This document shows, one piece after another, positions 28,045-43,894 of a stretch of 64,000 nucleotides of DNA. Source of the DNA: Neoconidiobolus thromboides FSU 785 (lineage: Eukaryota > Fungi > Entomophthoromycota); NCBI GenBank assembly GCA_025603075.1, contig MU626258.1:259457-323456 (forward strand). Direction: 5' to 3'. Under the pieces are notes generated by a model. It was not told the DNA's origin. It was given only the letters and a program-made list of their open reading frames with translations, and did not search any database. Both the position numbers and the translations under genes were made by a program. Numbering within the stretch: the first letter of the stretch is position 1; each line of letters starts with the position of its first letter.

Positions 28045-29689
28045 ATAATTATTCAATTCTAAATGATTACATTAACTTATTTTTTAATTAGGAGATACTT
28101 TCTAAAAAAAACAACACTGGTACTAAATTGAGAAAGTTGATATTTTCTTTGATTTTACTTAATGATGTGATTAAATTTAAAGTTTGGTACTTTTTATTTA
28201 ATTAAACTATACAAAAATAAAAATAAAAATAAAAATAAAAATAAAATCTATTTATAGGGATGTCTTTTGTTTTAGTATTTGGTTTTTTTTCGATTCTAGA
28301 TTACATAAAAATGGTCAAAAATGTAAACCAAAAACATTCCTTTATTAAAAATAGGGCACTAGCTTGAACAGGCTACATCTATAGAAATACAAATGTCAAA
28401 CTCTATTAAAAAAACTTAACACAGCTATAAATACATTACAATTATTGTGCAAGAAGGAATTCTAATTTGGTTACAAGCAAATTTTATAAAATCTGTTGAG
28501 AAGCTCCAATATGAAAGCACTATCATGTAAACAAGTTTTTAATTTAAATAATATTATGATCCATTTTATTTGTAATTATATGCGGTATAAGTAGGATAAT
28601 ATATTTAATTATTTTTATAATAGTAATAAATTAACCACATAATTAAATTTTATTCCTATATTTTTATAACTTAATGTATTGTTAAATCATATAGTACAGC
28701 TTTTTAAAAAAAAACTATAAATCACTATAAAATAAACACAGCTTTTATTACTAATGATATAAACCATATTAAAGCTTTTTGACTTATTTAGAATCAGTAA
28801 GACTAACAGAACAACTTTTAAAGGTAAAAAATGAAATAAAGTTTATTGGAAGTACATAGTCCTATTATTGTTACAGTATTGTTTATAATCAGTCTATTCC
28901 AAACTTAAGTGATAAGAATTTTACTAAAATTTAACAAATACATTTATTAAGCCTATTCATCACCCTTTTGATATTACTTGGAATTTTAAAGTGCAAGTTA
29001 TTTAAACACTACCTTTTTTGTTTTATTGGTATATCATAATTTATGTAATTCTGTCGCGTTTACCAAAAATAAATAATGACGCTATGATCTAAATACATTG
29101 TATTCACTATCTAAGAATAACTAATTTTATACCACCGTGATGATTTTTTTATATTATTTTAAAAAGGAGGTTTATTCCTTAAAATATTATAATTTTCAAG
29201 TTACGTATTAAAGGCTTTATCATTTCTCTTATTTTTAATAGTTAAAAGTTCTATAAATATAGTTTGTTTGTTCATATAATTACTATGGTAACTTTTATGA
29301 CTATTTAATTAAAAATAAACATTTTGTTATTTTGGCCATAAATGAATAAAAGTTACATTTATTGATTTTTATATTACTTTTTTATTTGTTAATTTTATTT
29401 ATTGACTTTTATATTTCTGTGAAAAATAGCTATATTAAAATATTGTTACTTGTTATAATATATTAGTAACTCAGATTAATTAAATAGAGCATTTTATTAA
29501 CATAAGTTTTGTTCTCAGTACAAAGAAATACTGTGCAATCTTGGAATTTCAATAAACTTAATAATTTAATATCAAATGAAAACAAGAATATACAAATTAT
29601 ATAAGAAATAGAAAAAAAATCAGATGTATTAAAGCGAAATGTCGAAATTAGAAAAAAAAAATGGATATATTAAGGAAAAGGTATTAGTT

Positions 29690-30570
29690 AGAATAAAATC
29701 CCTTAACTCTAATGTATACGAGTTGATGGTCCAGTTTTTGTCATGTCTTAGCTTTTTCTATTTATATCAATAATCGTTTTTATTTATAAATTAGGAAAAA
29801 TGATCAACAGTTCCTCAATAAACAATCAAACCTCATGACAATATCTAAGAAGACTGTTTCGATCACATGTAATTACTATTAAGAGGATATCACCTGCTGC
29901 TTGGGTAAACTTTAAAACACCCGATCTTTAATAAATTTAAGGAATCAAGCTCCTTTTATTGTCATTGCCTTTCAATTGAAAGATGAGCCCCATTTGTATA
30001 TTAATTCTATATTTAATAGTAAGCCCGAAAACTAAATATGTAACTAAAGAATAATATTTTCTATTTTTAAATTCTATTTGCCAATGTAGTATCCCAATAT
30101 TCTGTTTTATTATTCTAGATTTCGAAATCTTGTTATCTTGTTTATTTTAAAAGTTGAAAAAATATCAATTTAATATACTTTTACAGTATAATACAATAAA
30201 AATGAACATACTGACTTTAGATATTTTGATTTACTAGCTTATTGCTGATAAAACGCAAATGTTATAGGTTTTTAAATCAAATTTATTAAAATCCTCATCT
30301 TAAAGGCCAATATCCAAATAAGAACATTTAAATTCTAGAATATTGAGAGTTTAAATTAGCTTATTTATATTTTTAAAAGTTGTAACTTCATTACATTAAC
30401 CAATAACAAGTTTAAACTAGGATATCTTATGAAATATCATTCTTTAAGAGCTTAACTCATTTAGTAACCTAATTACTATATTTCCGTTTTGTAATATTAA
30501 ATTTGATAAAAAGATTAACTAGTAATGTGATAATTGTCTTCTAAATTCCATTATAATATTCCTAGGTCTT
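29690..30570 (-). mobile_element. Decayed Ty1/copia pol relic (integrase then RT)
   Basis: Minus-strand fragments EYYNGI..TII (approx. PEQNGIAERKNRTI) ~30550; ANLNSQYSRI*MFLFGY ~30320; AM..KELDSL ~29950; LRHD ~29745. The INT-before-RT order is copia-type. Many stops and frameshifts. Confidence 0.55.
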
Positions 30571-31374
30571 TATAACATTTTTCATATTTTGTAGTTATTT
30601 ATGGACTATTTTTACTAAATATCAATTTATGACATATCTTTTTAATAATTGTTCCAGATATTTTTGTACTTTATTAATTTAAATTAGCTTTTGTCAAGCA
30701 AGATAAAATTCATTATATTGTTGATGTTATTTGATTGTTTTTAGAAAAAATAGCTATCCTCATATTAATTTTCAAATTACTGTAGGTTAGTATTAAAAGT
30801 CAGTTTTAATTTATTTAAAAAAACAAATTAGAATGAGAATATAACTGTTAAAAGCTTCTATATCAGTTGGTGTTTTATTAGAAAAAATTCTGATAGTTAG
30901 TGCAAGGAAATCTGAAACACTATATCAAATGTAGATAAAGAAAATAAAAAAGTGCTAACGCTTAGGTAACTCTTTGAAGGCAAAAACATTGTGATGTTTT
31001 TTGTTCAAAATTGATTGATAATTTTTTGAGTTAAACTACTTAAAGAGTGGACAAAACACTAAAATAAAAAAAGGGATTCCCTCATGTTACTAGCTAATTT
31101 GAATTAAAAATAAAAGGCTTAAAATTATAAAACACACCCATTTTTATATAGTACCTTTATCTCCAAAACTTTATACAGGATAAAAACCAAAAGTTAAATC
31201 ATATGATTCAATTAGCATAATAAAGCACCAGCAGATAGACTATCAAAAACTAACAGTTTATTTTGTTTGAAAATAATAATTAAAACTTAGACAAAATTAG
31301 CCTCTAGCCCTAGTTAAACTATTCAAACTAAGTTCAAAAACATACTATAGGTAAAAGATGCCAATAACTTATTT

Positions 31375-33185
31375 TTATTCTTTCTGGAAAGAAGTGATAG
31401 CATCCTTTAATTTCCCAATCAACACATTAAGTTTTTCATTAGCCTTTGTCTAAAAAAGAATAAGCATAACGAATTCAAAAAGAATATTGATTTTACCTTA
31501 AAAGCATACGAGGAAACTTTACCGTCATCTGCAGCCAAAAAGTCCAATCTGAATTCAGCCCCTTGTGGGTTCATATCTCTAAAAACCTTAGAATTTAAAA
31601 TCACTTTCTTGGTCTTTCCATGTCGCATAACTAAAATACTATAAACAATTAATTTATTTTAAATAAAACTAGCTACCTAATCGATAATCTCCTTCATTAG
31701 CTTTGCTTTGAAGTAATTTAAGAGCTCCGAACCCACGTTCTGCCCATGCTCTATCGTCTCTATTATATACAAATAATTTCCCATCAATCTATTCAAATTA
31801 ACACAAAACTCCCACTTATTAAAATGGTTACCTCATAAAGAGTGGCTTCATCTTCTTCACCGCTCACACCTAATTACATTAATATTATGAATGGTTGTAT
31901 TTAATATATATGGTTACTTTTGTAGGGCTCAAAGAGAGCACTAAGTCCACTTTTTCCATTGGAATCGTTACTATCTTTAGCATTTACAGTTTCTTTCTTT
32001 TCAGTAATAGCAACACTAGTTGAAGTTTCAGATATATCATCATTGGTGGATTCTTCTTTTTTCTCTGCATCATCTGATGATCTTGCAAAAAGATCAACCT
32101 TAGGGAGTTTAATATCGCTACCTAATGAAGTACTACTACCAAACAAGCTTGAGCTTCCACCAAAGGGTAGGCTTTCTTTATTATCAGTTGATGACTTTGC
32201 AAAAATATCGACGGTAGGAAGTTTAACCTCTCCTCCTAATGATGTTCCACTACCAAATAAACGTGAGTTCTCACCAAAGGGTGTAGTACCAGATGCGTCA
32301 TTTTCATTAGTAACTGGTGGTTTTGCAAATATATCAATTTTAGGAAGTTTAGCATCCCCTCCTAATGTAGTACCACTACCAAATAGAGGTGCGCTCTCGC
32401 CAAAAGGAGCACTACTTTCATCCTTTTTAGTTGCTTCATCTACAGATGTTGTCTATGAGGTATTTTAGAAAACATTTATTGAAAGTAAAATAGTTACGTT
32501 TAGTTTAGTGTACATAGATTGTAAATTAGCAAATTTCGAAGAAGTGCCATATTTCTCGTTTAAGCTATGATATGTTGCACCAAAAGTTCTCCCAAAAGAA
32601 GGAATTGTTGTTGTGCTTGAGACTGTAGCTTCTTCCTTTTGAAATTAAATTAACAAGTACTATATATAATTTAAATCACTTACACTAACTATGGTGTTGG
32701 AAGAGTTATTATTTTCAATTGCTTTCTCGGTAACATTTCTAAAAGAAATGAGTAAATGATTTAAAGAAAGAAAAACAACCAAACTTTTTCTTTGGGTTAT
32801 TAGGTGATTCTCGTTCGGTGTCTTTAGGTGATGCATCGACTGATAATCTTCTTTTGGCATTTTTTGCTGCCTCGCCCCCATTTACTGTTTTTTCATCTTT
32901 AGATAATTCTGTCTCCTCATACTCCTATGACTAGTTAGCTTCCAATCATATTGAAAATATAAAATTACGGCTAGTGATTCGTTTGTTGGATTTACATGGG
33001 CATTTTGTTCTTTTTGAGCTACTATAAGTATTAAATTAAATTTTATAATTAAACAAGAATTATACCTTCATGTGAAGTATTATTATCTTCTTGTTTATTG
33101 GTACCGTTCTCTTTATCTGCTATTATTCTATCAGTATGTAAAATAGTAAAAGACATAGGCTTAGAGTACCTTTCGATCCTCCCAT
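31375..33185 (-). CDS. Ran-binding-domain protein with FG repeats (RanBP3/Yrb2-like; Nup2-like less likely), multi-exon
   Basis: NLS-like AKRRLSVDASPK; three LFGS(G/S) repeats; C-terminal RanBD SGEEDEATLYE...KLFVY...WAERGFGALKLL...VMRHGKTKKVILNS. Confidence 0.85.
32081..32407 (-). repeat. Three imperfect ~29-aa coding repeats PFGxSxxLFGSxTxLGxDxKLPxIDIFAK
   Basis: Seen directly in the minus-strand translation. Confidence 0.9.
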
Positions 33186-34318
33186 CTTATCTGAGCTAAA
33201 ATTATAAGAGCTTTTGGAAGTTATTTTGCTTTTATATTGATGATAATTAAACTCTTTCTTTTCTTTTGGATGGAACCAATCACAACTTGCAAATTTCTGA
33301 TAGTAAATTTGAACTACGATTTTTTTGGGGTTCCTTAGATCATAATCAAGATTACTTATTGCTAGTTAGGTAAGTGTAGATAAGATGAATATTCCAAATA
33401 ACAAGTATGGACATATAAAATTAGTTAAATATAAAGCATATCATACAGCTATATCCTGAGATATATTTATTATTCTTTAGCTCCTTGGAGTATGATACGT
33501 AAGTAATGATGTTTATATATCAAGTAACAATTTAATTAGCTAAAAAATTGCTATTTTAAGTAAATTTTAGTCTACTTTAATCAAATCTATCAAAATAAAT
33601 TCATTTTAATATATTACTTTATTGATATATTATAATATGATACCCTTCTAAGATAGAAATTCGAGTTAATTATCAAGCCCAGTTACTAAAACATTATCTA
33701 TTTTTATCGATAAAGCATAATGATAGTAGCCATATCAGAGTATTGATAAATTTATGAGCTGATACAATTTTTAAATAATTTTATTAAAAATGCCAGTTTT
33801 AATGTATATAAAATGATACATAATAACAGTTTATTATATCATTTTGTTTATGTAATTAGAAAAGTGTGAAAATAATAAAGTATTTCTTAAACACACATAG
33901 GTAGAGGAAACATGTAATAATTAAAACATTAAAAAATCTTGTAAAATTATAGCTTTATAAAAAGGCAGTAAAGGCATATCAATAATAAATTTATACTTTT
34001 CAGATAATATATATAAGCAGCCTTACTAAAACCTGTTTTCATAATTAGTATATTTTAAGAAATACTTAAAATAGATATTTCAAAATTAAAATATCATAGT
34101 CAATGATATAAAATCAATATTCAATAGATAATTTTACAATGCACATTTAGTCTAAAAATTGCATTTAAAAGACTGTACTTTTCTCAGTTATTTTTGCAAT
34201 GGTCTTATCTGATCCTTTTATGGATTAGCCAATCCAATGATTTTGTATATTTCCCATAATAAATCTTAGGTCTAAACTTACAAACTCAAAAAATAGACAG
34301 ATTTTAATATAATCAGAG

Positions 34319-36385
34319 ATGAAAGGAAAATATAATGGGATCCAACATATTATAACATCAAAGGTATCTCATGTTTTCTTCCAAACTTACCATAAGGTTT
34401 ATTTAAGATCAAGTACACTGTTGGTAACTAATTTAGGTTTTAATCATCTAAACCGTGGTTGTATCATTAGAAGTTATAGCAATTTAGCAATTCTTGATGA
34501 GCCATTAAACAAAGAACAGAATGGCCATTCGTTAGAAAAATTAGAAAGTAAAGATGCCGTTTTTGGAGTGAGATATTCGAAAGAGATATATAATCCATGG
34601 TTAATATATGAGGAAACATTAAATTTTGAAATGGATCAAGTTTTAAAGCCAGACAATGTAAAAGCGAATTTAAGTAGGATATATTTAAAAAAAGAGGAAC
34701 TAGTTTATTTTAATGAAAGGGTTGCCAATTTATTTATTAATTTTTATCACTCTGTTCAACATTTTAAAAAAAAGCTTATGTTTCCAGGCAAAAAGCTATC
34801 ACATACTCTAGTTATTAATTCTGGGCTTGCTAAGGAATTAATTAAAATCTTATTGAAGCATGAGAATATACCATTTGCAATTTGTGTTTATATATCTTTA
34901 CTTGAGAATGCTAAATTTTGTGAAAAGTCTGATTTATTAAAAGAGTATCAAATTTTACTGACGGAAATTAAAAATACAAGGTATGATTCAAAACGATTAA
35001 TAAAGGAGTTAAATGATATATGGAAATTAATTAATACGTTGGATCAAGAAGGAGAATTCAAAGGTAATAGTTTAGATAAGTTTTTAAATATCAATTCAAG
35101 TCATATTTATAAATTATTTATACAAATAAATACGGAAAATAAGCAAGCAACAATTTCCACTAACTTATCAAATAAAATATTGAGTACATTTGTTTCGTAT
35201 GAGGACTATAAGAGTGCTTCAAAATGGATAAAGATGATAGATCAGTTAGAGATACCTAAAGATTTAAGGACTTACAATATACTTTTGCACTATTCAATAA
35301 AGACGATTAACTTTAAGGGTTTTATTAATCACCTAAATAAATTATTAGATTCAAAAATTAAACCAGATACAGTGACATGTAATACGCTGCTTAGTTCATT
35401 AAATAAATTTTCCTCGCCACTCCTTTATCCTACTATTATAAAGATACTTGAGGAACATAGGTTTGAACCCAATGAGTTAACAAGTTCAATTGTTTTACCG
35501 CTTAAAAACAAAATTAAAGATACAAAATTCATTTCATTTTTAGACGATAAAGTAATTCCAAAACTTGATACTGGCTTAAAATCGGTACAGATATCTTTAT
35601 TTAAGGATCAGTTAAAAAATTCAAAACCTACAGAACAGGAGTTTGAAACGATACTTAATGAGTTATTAAATACAGAGGTAAAAAGTGAATGTTATAAATA
35701 TGGAATAATGATAGTGGAATTGATACGTCAAGGAGAGTATGAAAGAGCAGAGTTGATATTAGAAGCAATGATTAAAAAGCAGAATACACCAACAATACAG
35801 ATATTGACTTGTCTTACACACAATTATCTATCGGAAAACATGATTGAAAAAGCAGCGGAAAAGCTTTTGCAAATGGTCAAATTTGGATACTCACCTTCTA
35901 AATTAATGGTTCAACAGATAGTGATTGGTATGTATAAAGGGGGTTTTATTAAACAAGCAAATGAATTTATAGTCAATATAACACAGCTTGGTTATATTCC
36001 TACTAGAAGGATGGTCAATTCACAACTAAATCAATTGATAAAAGAAGATAAATTAAAGACGGCCATTTCAATGTTTAAAGAAATTGTCAAGTCTGGGTTC
36101 GTAGCTGATACCTGTACTTATAATATTTTATTAAAAGGAGGAATCAATCAAAAAGATTATTATTTGGTAAGGAGTTTAATTAATGAAATGACAGAAAATC
36201 AAATCCCGATGGATCAAATCACTTTTATGGAATTATTTAAAGGATCTTATTATGACTTTAATCATAGTTTAGCTGCTCAATTTTATAATAAATTGAAAGA
36301 ATCGTCCTTCTTATTAGATCATAGAGTCAAACATCATTTACATAAACATCAACGTATTAATCTTCATGTTACTAATAAAAAATAA
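34319..36385 (+). CDS. Mitochondrial pentatricopeptide repeat (PPR) protein
   Basis: Intronless 688 aa; PPR motifs DLRTYNILL, PDTVTCNTLL, ADTCTYNILL, DQITFMELF; presequence-like N-terminus. Confidence 0.88.
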   Translation: MKGKYNGIQHIITSKVSHVFFQTYHKVYLRSSTLLVTNLGFNHLNRGCIIRSYSNLAILDEPLNKEQNGHSLEKLESKDAVFGVRYSKEIYNPWLIYEETLNFEMDQVLKPDNVKANLSRIYLKKEELVYFNERVANLFINFYHSVQHFKKKLMFPGKKLSHTLVINSGLAKELIKILLKHENIPFAICVYISLLENAKFCEKSDLLKEYQILLTEIKNTRYDSKRLIKELNDIWKLINTLDQEGEFKGNSLDKFLNINSSHIYKLFIQINTENKQATISTNLSNKILSTFVSYEDYKSASKWIKMIDQLEIPKDLRTYNILLHYSIKTINFKGFINHLNKLLDSKIKPDTVTCNTLLSSLNKFSSPLLYPTIIKILEEHRFEPNELTSSIVLPLKNKIKDTKFISFLDDKVIPKLDTGLKSVQISLFKDQLKNSKPTEQEFETILNELLNTEVKSECYKYGIMIVELIRQGEYERAELILEAMIKKQNTPTIQILTCLTHNYLSENMIEKAAEKLLQMVKFGYSPSKLMVQQIVIGMYKGGFIKQANEFIVNITQLGYIPTRRMVNSQLNQLIKEDKLKTAISMFKEIVKSGFVADTCTYNILLKGGINQKDYYLVRSLINEMTENQIPMDQITFMELFKGSYYDFNHSLAAQFYNKLKESSFLLDHRVKHHLHKHQRINLHVTNKK

Positions 36386-37529
36386 TTTTTTGGATTTTAC
36401 TTAAGTGCTATTTATAACATCATTAATTTTAAATTTATTTTATACTATTTCTATAAATATTCGAAATTTTATATTATTTGAGTTTGGATCCGTTTTTGTA
36501 TATAGAATTAAGCTAAAGAGTAGATTAAGCTTTTATAAATTAAAATGTTAATCATAAAGTACTTTCAATGTTATTTGTGGTGTTATCTATTTTTACACTG
36601 TTGAGTCTGAGTTCAAACCCTTTTGGTTGTATGTGCTTTGTGAGTAGATATAGTTGATTAGCCGATTTAAGCCAATAAAATATTAAAAAATAGTGACTGT
36701 AGCTTTACTCATTCGTAACCGTAATCAATACAAGTCAGTCATGACCACTCAGAATAGACATCTTACCGTAAAAGTAATAGAATAGAATGCATTTACTTGA
36801 TTTCACATTTTAATAGTTTTTTAAATTTTACACTGAATGAAAAATGGAAAAACTAAAAAAGCAAAGGGCATTTCCATATTTTATTTGGCCAATGGGGAAA
36901 TTACAGATAGAAAATAGAATAGTAGATTAAATAATAGCTTTATAAATATTTATCTAGTATGTTAGCATCATGAGAGAGATAAATACTGTATTATAAGAAT
37001 CTAATCTAGATATATAAATATGAGGATAGTGTTTTGATGGAGGAGAATAATAATCAATTACTCCATGCTTAGTAAAATTCATTATAAATTGTAACCTCAA
37101 TTTATTTTCAACTTCAAATAAATTAAATTTCCAAAATTACAGTTGAAATTTCAAATTCATCTATTACCATGGAAACAAAATTCTACTTGTATATAAATTA
37201 TCATAAACTATCCAAACTAGTTCTAACTGTTATAAAATAGTTTAAACAAAATTGAAATTAATAATATATATCAAGTAATAGTCTATTAATAACTATGATA
37301 ATATTCCAAAATCACACTGTTCTTCCCAGTGGCTTCAAGTAAATGAATTCTTAAATGAATTATTACGTCATAAACTAACTTCCGAAAAATCCAAGTTAAG
37401 TTTAAAACAATTAATAGAATATTTTCTGAAACATACCATTAATTATATTTTTTATTAAAAAAAGTCTTAAGCTTCTTTCTTCCACTTAATTTAACATTAA
37501 ACAAAATACAAATCAGTAATAAAATTATC

Positions 37530-38751
37530 ATGGAAGAAAACAAAACCAATCCATCCAATCGACGATTCTTTGTAGGGTTATTACTCTTAGGTTTTTGTCT
37601 AATTGCTTTCTTAGTCCAAACGGTAGATTTTAAATCATTTTTGTTAAAAACTTAGTTAACCTTTTAGTTAGGAAGTTACTCAAGCTTTACAAAAAGAATT
37701 TGATTTTAAAAACCCCTATTTTATACTGTAAGTTTTTAAATTATCATTCATTCCATATATAATAGTAACTCATCTATTACTCTTTTATTACATTAGTTGG
37801 TTTAGTCATTCTTTTTATATGTTAGTATATCCATTAGATCTTTTGTTTAAAAAAATAGTTAAATCAAAAAATATAAGAGATAGTCATAATAAGATAAAGT
37901 CTGAAGTTGAGGGACTTGAAAGGGAACATTTTGATAGTAGTAATCGATTTTTTAATGGAAGCTTTACATTGTTAAAGGCAGTAATATTGATTGCATGTGT
38001 ATTAACTTTAGGGGCTTATTTATGGTATGTAGCAGTTGGCTTAACTTCAATGTCGAGTTTAACAGCTATTTATAATACTTCTTGTTTTTTTGCTTATTTA
38101 TTTTCAGTGTTATTTAAGTTAGAAAGTTTACATATATTAAAATCCATATCAGTAGGTTTAAGTATTTTAGGAGTAATTATTATCTCTGTATTTAATTCGG
38201 AACCAGATAGTAATGAAAGAAAATCAAGTATAATTGGTAACTCGATAGCTATCATATCAGCTATATTAATTGGTCTCTTTGAAGTTTTATATAAATTTTA
38301 TGCTGTTTCAGTAAAAAATCCAACTACTTCACTTTCTAATTATATTACTAGTTATATTGGCTTTATTACCTTTACTTTGTTATGGATTCCAATTCCTATC
38401 TTACATATCATTGGTCTAGAAAAGTTTGCCTTACCTTCATTAACAGCTTTACCTTTATTAATGACTAATGCTTTAATGGGAGTATTATATAATGCTGGTC
38501 TAATGGCAGTTATAACCCTTACCTCACCTGTATTTGCATCCGTTGGAGTAATGATAACTATTCCACTAGTATCCTTAGTTGATTCAGCTCTTTTAGGCTT
38601 AGTTATTCCTTGGAATTCTTGGTTAGGCGGAAGTATTATATTTTTAGCCTTTATTTTATTGACTCGAGCTACATTACAAGAAGAATTAGAAAATAGAAAA
38701 GACCCAGCAACAAGTCATCAATATCAAGAACAATTAGATCTGGATATTTAG
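37530..38751 (+). CDS. DMT/EamA-superfamily membrane transporter (SLC35F/Thi74-like)
   Basis: 3 exons from ATG 37530; about 10 TM segments; AIYNTSCFFAYLFSV and LTSPVFASVGVMITIPL motifs. Confidence 0.85.
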
Positions 38752-38959
38752 TTGTTAGTTTTAATATTTTGTAAATCATTTTATTATTTAATAACTTAGC
38801 TAGAAGAAAATAAAATTTAAAAGTATTAATTATAATACTTATAAAAAATTGATGGATTGACTATAATGTATAATGTAATATAATATTAAAATTAATAGAT
38901 AATAAATAAAAATTCTAAATTTCAATAGATTTATTTTAGTAAACTAAATAACCCAATAT

Positions 38960-40972
38960 TTATATCAATTGATTTTTTAAAATATAACATTTGGGAACAA
39001 ACTCAATTTTTAATGGTGTAAAATGTTCTAAAAAGATTAATCCTAATTTTCTATAATAATAACGATTATCTTTAACATTTGAATTCTGATTATTGTTACT
39101 ATTGTCTTCATTCTTACTTTTAATAAGCAACGACAATGGATGAATACTTGTTACTCTATTTAGCCATAATTTTGGTGAAGTGATAATCACTTTATTAAAA
39201 CCATAGCTTATACCAATTACTTTCCAATTGATATCATTATTTATATTTGATTGTTCATTATTATTATTGAGATGAAATTTTGGATTATATGTAAGTAAGT
39301 AAGTATAATTTAAATACTCATTTGGTTGATTTAAATTCTCTAGTTTATCATAATTCCATTGTTCTTTATCACCAATTTCTAAAAATCTAGAAGCACCGTT
39401 CATAGCAGTAGCAACGTCCATATGAATATTGATTGTTTTATTTAAATTATTATCATATTTATTATTAATTTGATGAATCATATACAATGCTTCGCCACCA
39501 GGATAATTTAATGAGGATATAAATACTAATAACATAGTAATACAAAAACAAATGAATAAACACCAATTTAATAAAAACCGAGTTGTAAATGATGTTAATT
39601 TCCAATTTTTTTTGTTAATATAAGATAATAAAAATACAGTAGTACAAGTAGCTGATATATTCAATAAAGGTAGAATATAAATTATAAAACGCCATTCTTT
39701 ATGTTCGTGAATACTCATAAATGTAATATATGTTAATATTGGTAATGTAATTTTACTGTTAATTAATAAAAAGATTCTTGCCTCTTTTAAATTTCGAGTC
39801 AATTGATTTTTAGTTATTGATATTATACTTATTAACAATAATCCAATTATTGTCATTATATATGATATTCCGTTGATTTTAGGTAACGAATTGATAAAAT
39901 AATAATTAAAAGGAGATGTTCCCCATTCTTGACTCTTATTTAAGATAGCATTAAAATAAAATACGTAGCCTTCAGGCCATAGCCATGTATTTTTTATAAA
40001 TATGCTATTCTTCCAAAAATAACTATCAATTGTTATTGTGGTAACTAATCAGTTAATTAAGTATTATATAGTAATATAAATACAATTAGATTTACCTAAA
40101 CTTATTATAGTAACAAGTATTGTAATAAATAAAAGTTTCAAGAATCTAGATAGTTTGAAATAAAATGATAGATTGGTAATAATATCGGATAACCCTAAAA
40201 AGGCCAATAAAAAGAAAACTTCAGAACGAAATATCAAAGCAGTGGATAATAAAATTCCAACAAACTTAATAATTAACATGAATCTGATATTCTCCTCTTT
40301 ATCTTTACTTTGATATTTTTTATAAGGCTCTGATTTAGGTTCATCGATTTTTAAAATTATTAATTTCAACCAATACACAATTGAAAAATTGACTAGTATT
40401 AAAGCAAATATATTTGGTAATGTTCTTGTACACCAAAAGTTATAATGAAATGGTATTATCGAATATAATAAATACCAATATTCATATTTTTTAGCTATTT
40501 GTCTTAATTGTGTTCCAATGCTTAAAATAGATATCGAGGATGCTATACCTAATATACTTCTTGCTAAATGATATTAATATATTTTATAAAATTTATATTA
40601 TTGTATTTAGTTACCTAAATATAAATTCAATAATTTAACATTTAAATCCACTTTGATATTAAATGTATTGAAAAACAAATTGATAAAAAACGATAGTGAT
40701 TTAACAATGTGAGCTATAACAATACTACCTAAAAACGTACGTGGGACAACACCAGGAAATTGGATGTGATCAAACTTGATTATTAATTCATTGAATAAAA
40801 GAAATAGAGATAGGAATAAATTTACTTTATCAAGTCCTTTATATCCATAAGTAATTAAATCATGTATTGCTTGTATATTAAAACTTTCCTCTACTTTAGT
40901 ATAAGGGGCTAATATTAGATACAATATTGGTAAGAGTAAGGTTAAGAATCGTAGTATATAAATGCAATCCAT
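38960..40972 (-). CDS. ALG12: Dol-P-Man alpha-1,6-mannosyltransferase (GT22)
   Basis: [41 protein letters not shown]...[31 protein letters not shown]...GASRF. Confidence 0.95.
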
Positions 40973-41494
40973 TTACATAAAATAAAATTAGTTAAAATTA
41001 GATGATGAAAGTGGATTATGAAATAGTAATTGATTGGTTGAAAATAGAAAATAGACTTTGAAATTTTATATTGACATTTCAAAAAATAAAAACAAATTTA
41101 ATGTTCAATAATCGTATAAAAAAATTCAAGTATAGAAAAATCTAATATATTTTTAGTGATTATGTTATTTATATCATCATTAGATAATGTCTCCAGTATT
41201 TATCAGTACAAGCAGATAAGTTTTGATTATACTAATGCTAACTAAATTTGATAAACATAATTTTTATGTGATTGTAATGTATGAGATAACAAAATACTTA
41301 TATTAAACTATGATAATTGAATATCTCCCAATTAAAAAATAATATACATTAATTAAAAAGTGCTTGATTATAACAATTTTATTAAACTTCTCCTATCTTT
41401 TAATGCATAAATCTCACTATTTTGCAATTTACTTCAAAAAATCGCATCGACTTTAAAAACTCAAAAATATTTCAAAACTCAAAACTCAACTTGA

Positions 41495-43502
<2,008 letters not shown>

Positions 43503-43894
43503 TAAATTAATTAAATGAAAATGATTGCTTTTTTTTCATAGATGGAAGAAATGAAGGATAGTTTGTTATTATAAAAAAATTGAATTATTAAAAATTATTA
43601 AAAAGTAGTAAATTTTGAGTATTTTTTTTCGTTGATCTATTTTATTTTAATCTGTAGTGTAAAGTATATTTTGGAATTATAAAATTGGAATTTCTATTTT
43701 TGATTTTGAATTTACGTGGCATATTGAAATTTCCAATTTCTAGTCACATCAATCATTTTCTGATCCAATAAAAAAAAGCCTAATTTTGAAAATTTAGTTA
43801 AAATTTCAAAGATATAAAAGCTTCAAACACTATAGCATCAATTATTTTTTTTTAAAAAACTTCAATTAACTTTTTCTTATCTAAATAAAAGAAA

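Noticed and set aside
31959-32468. 169-aa plus-strand ORF with repeats
   Set aside because: Antisense shadow of the FG-repeat exon.
36609-36620. B-box-like GAGTTCAAACCC
   Set aside because: No A-box or cloverleaf; not a tRNA.
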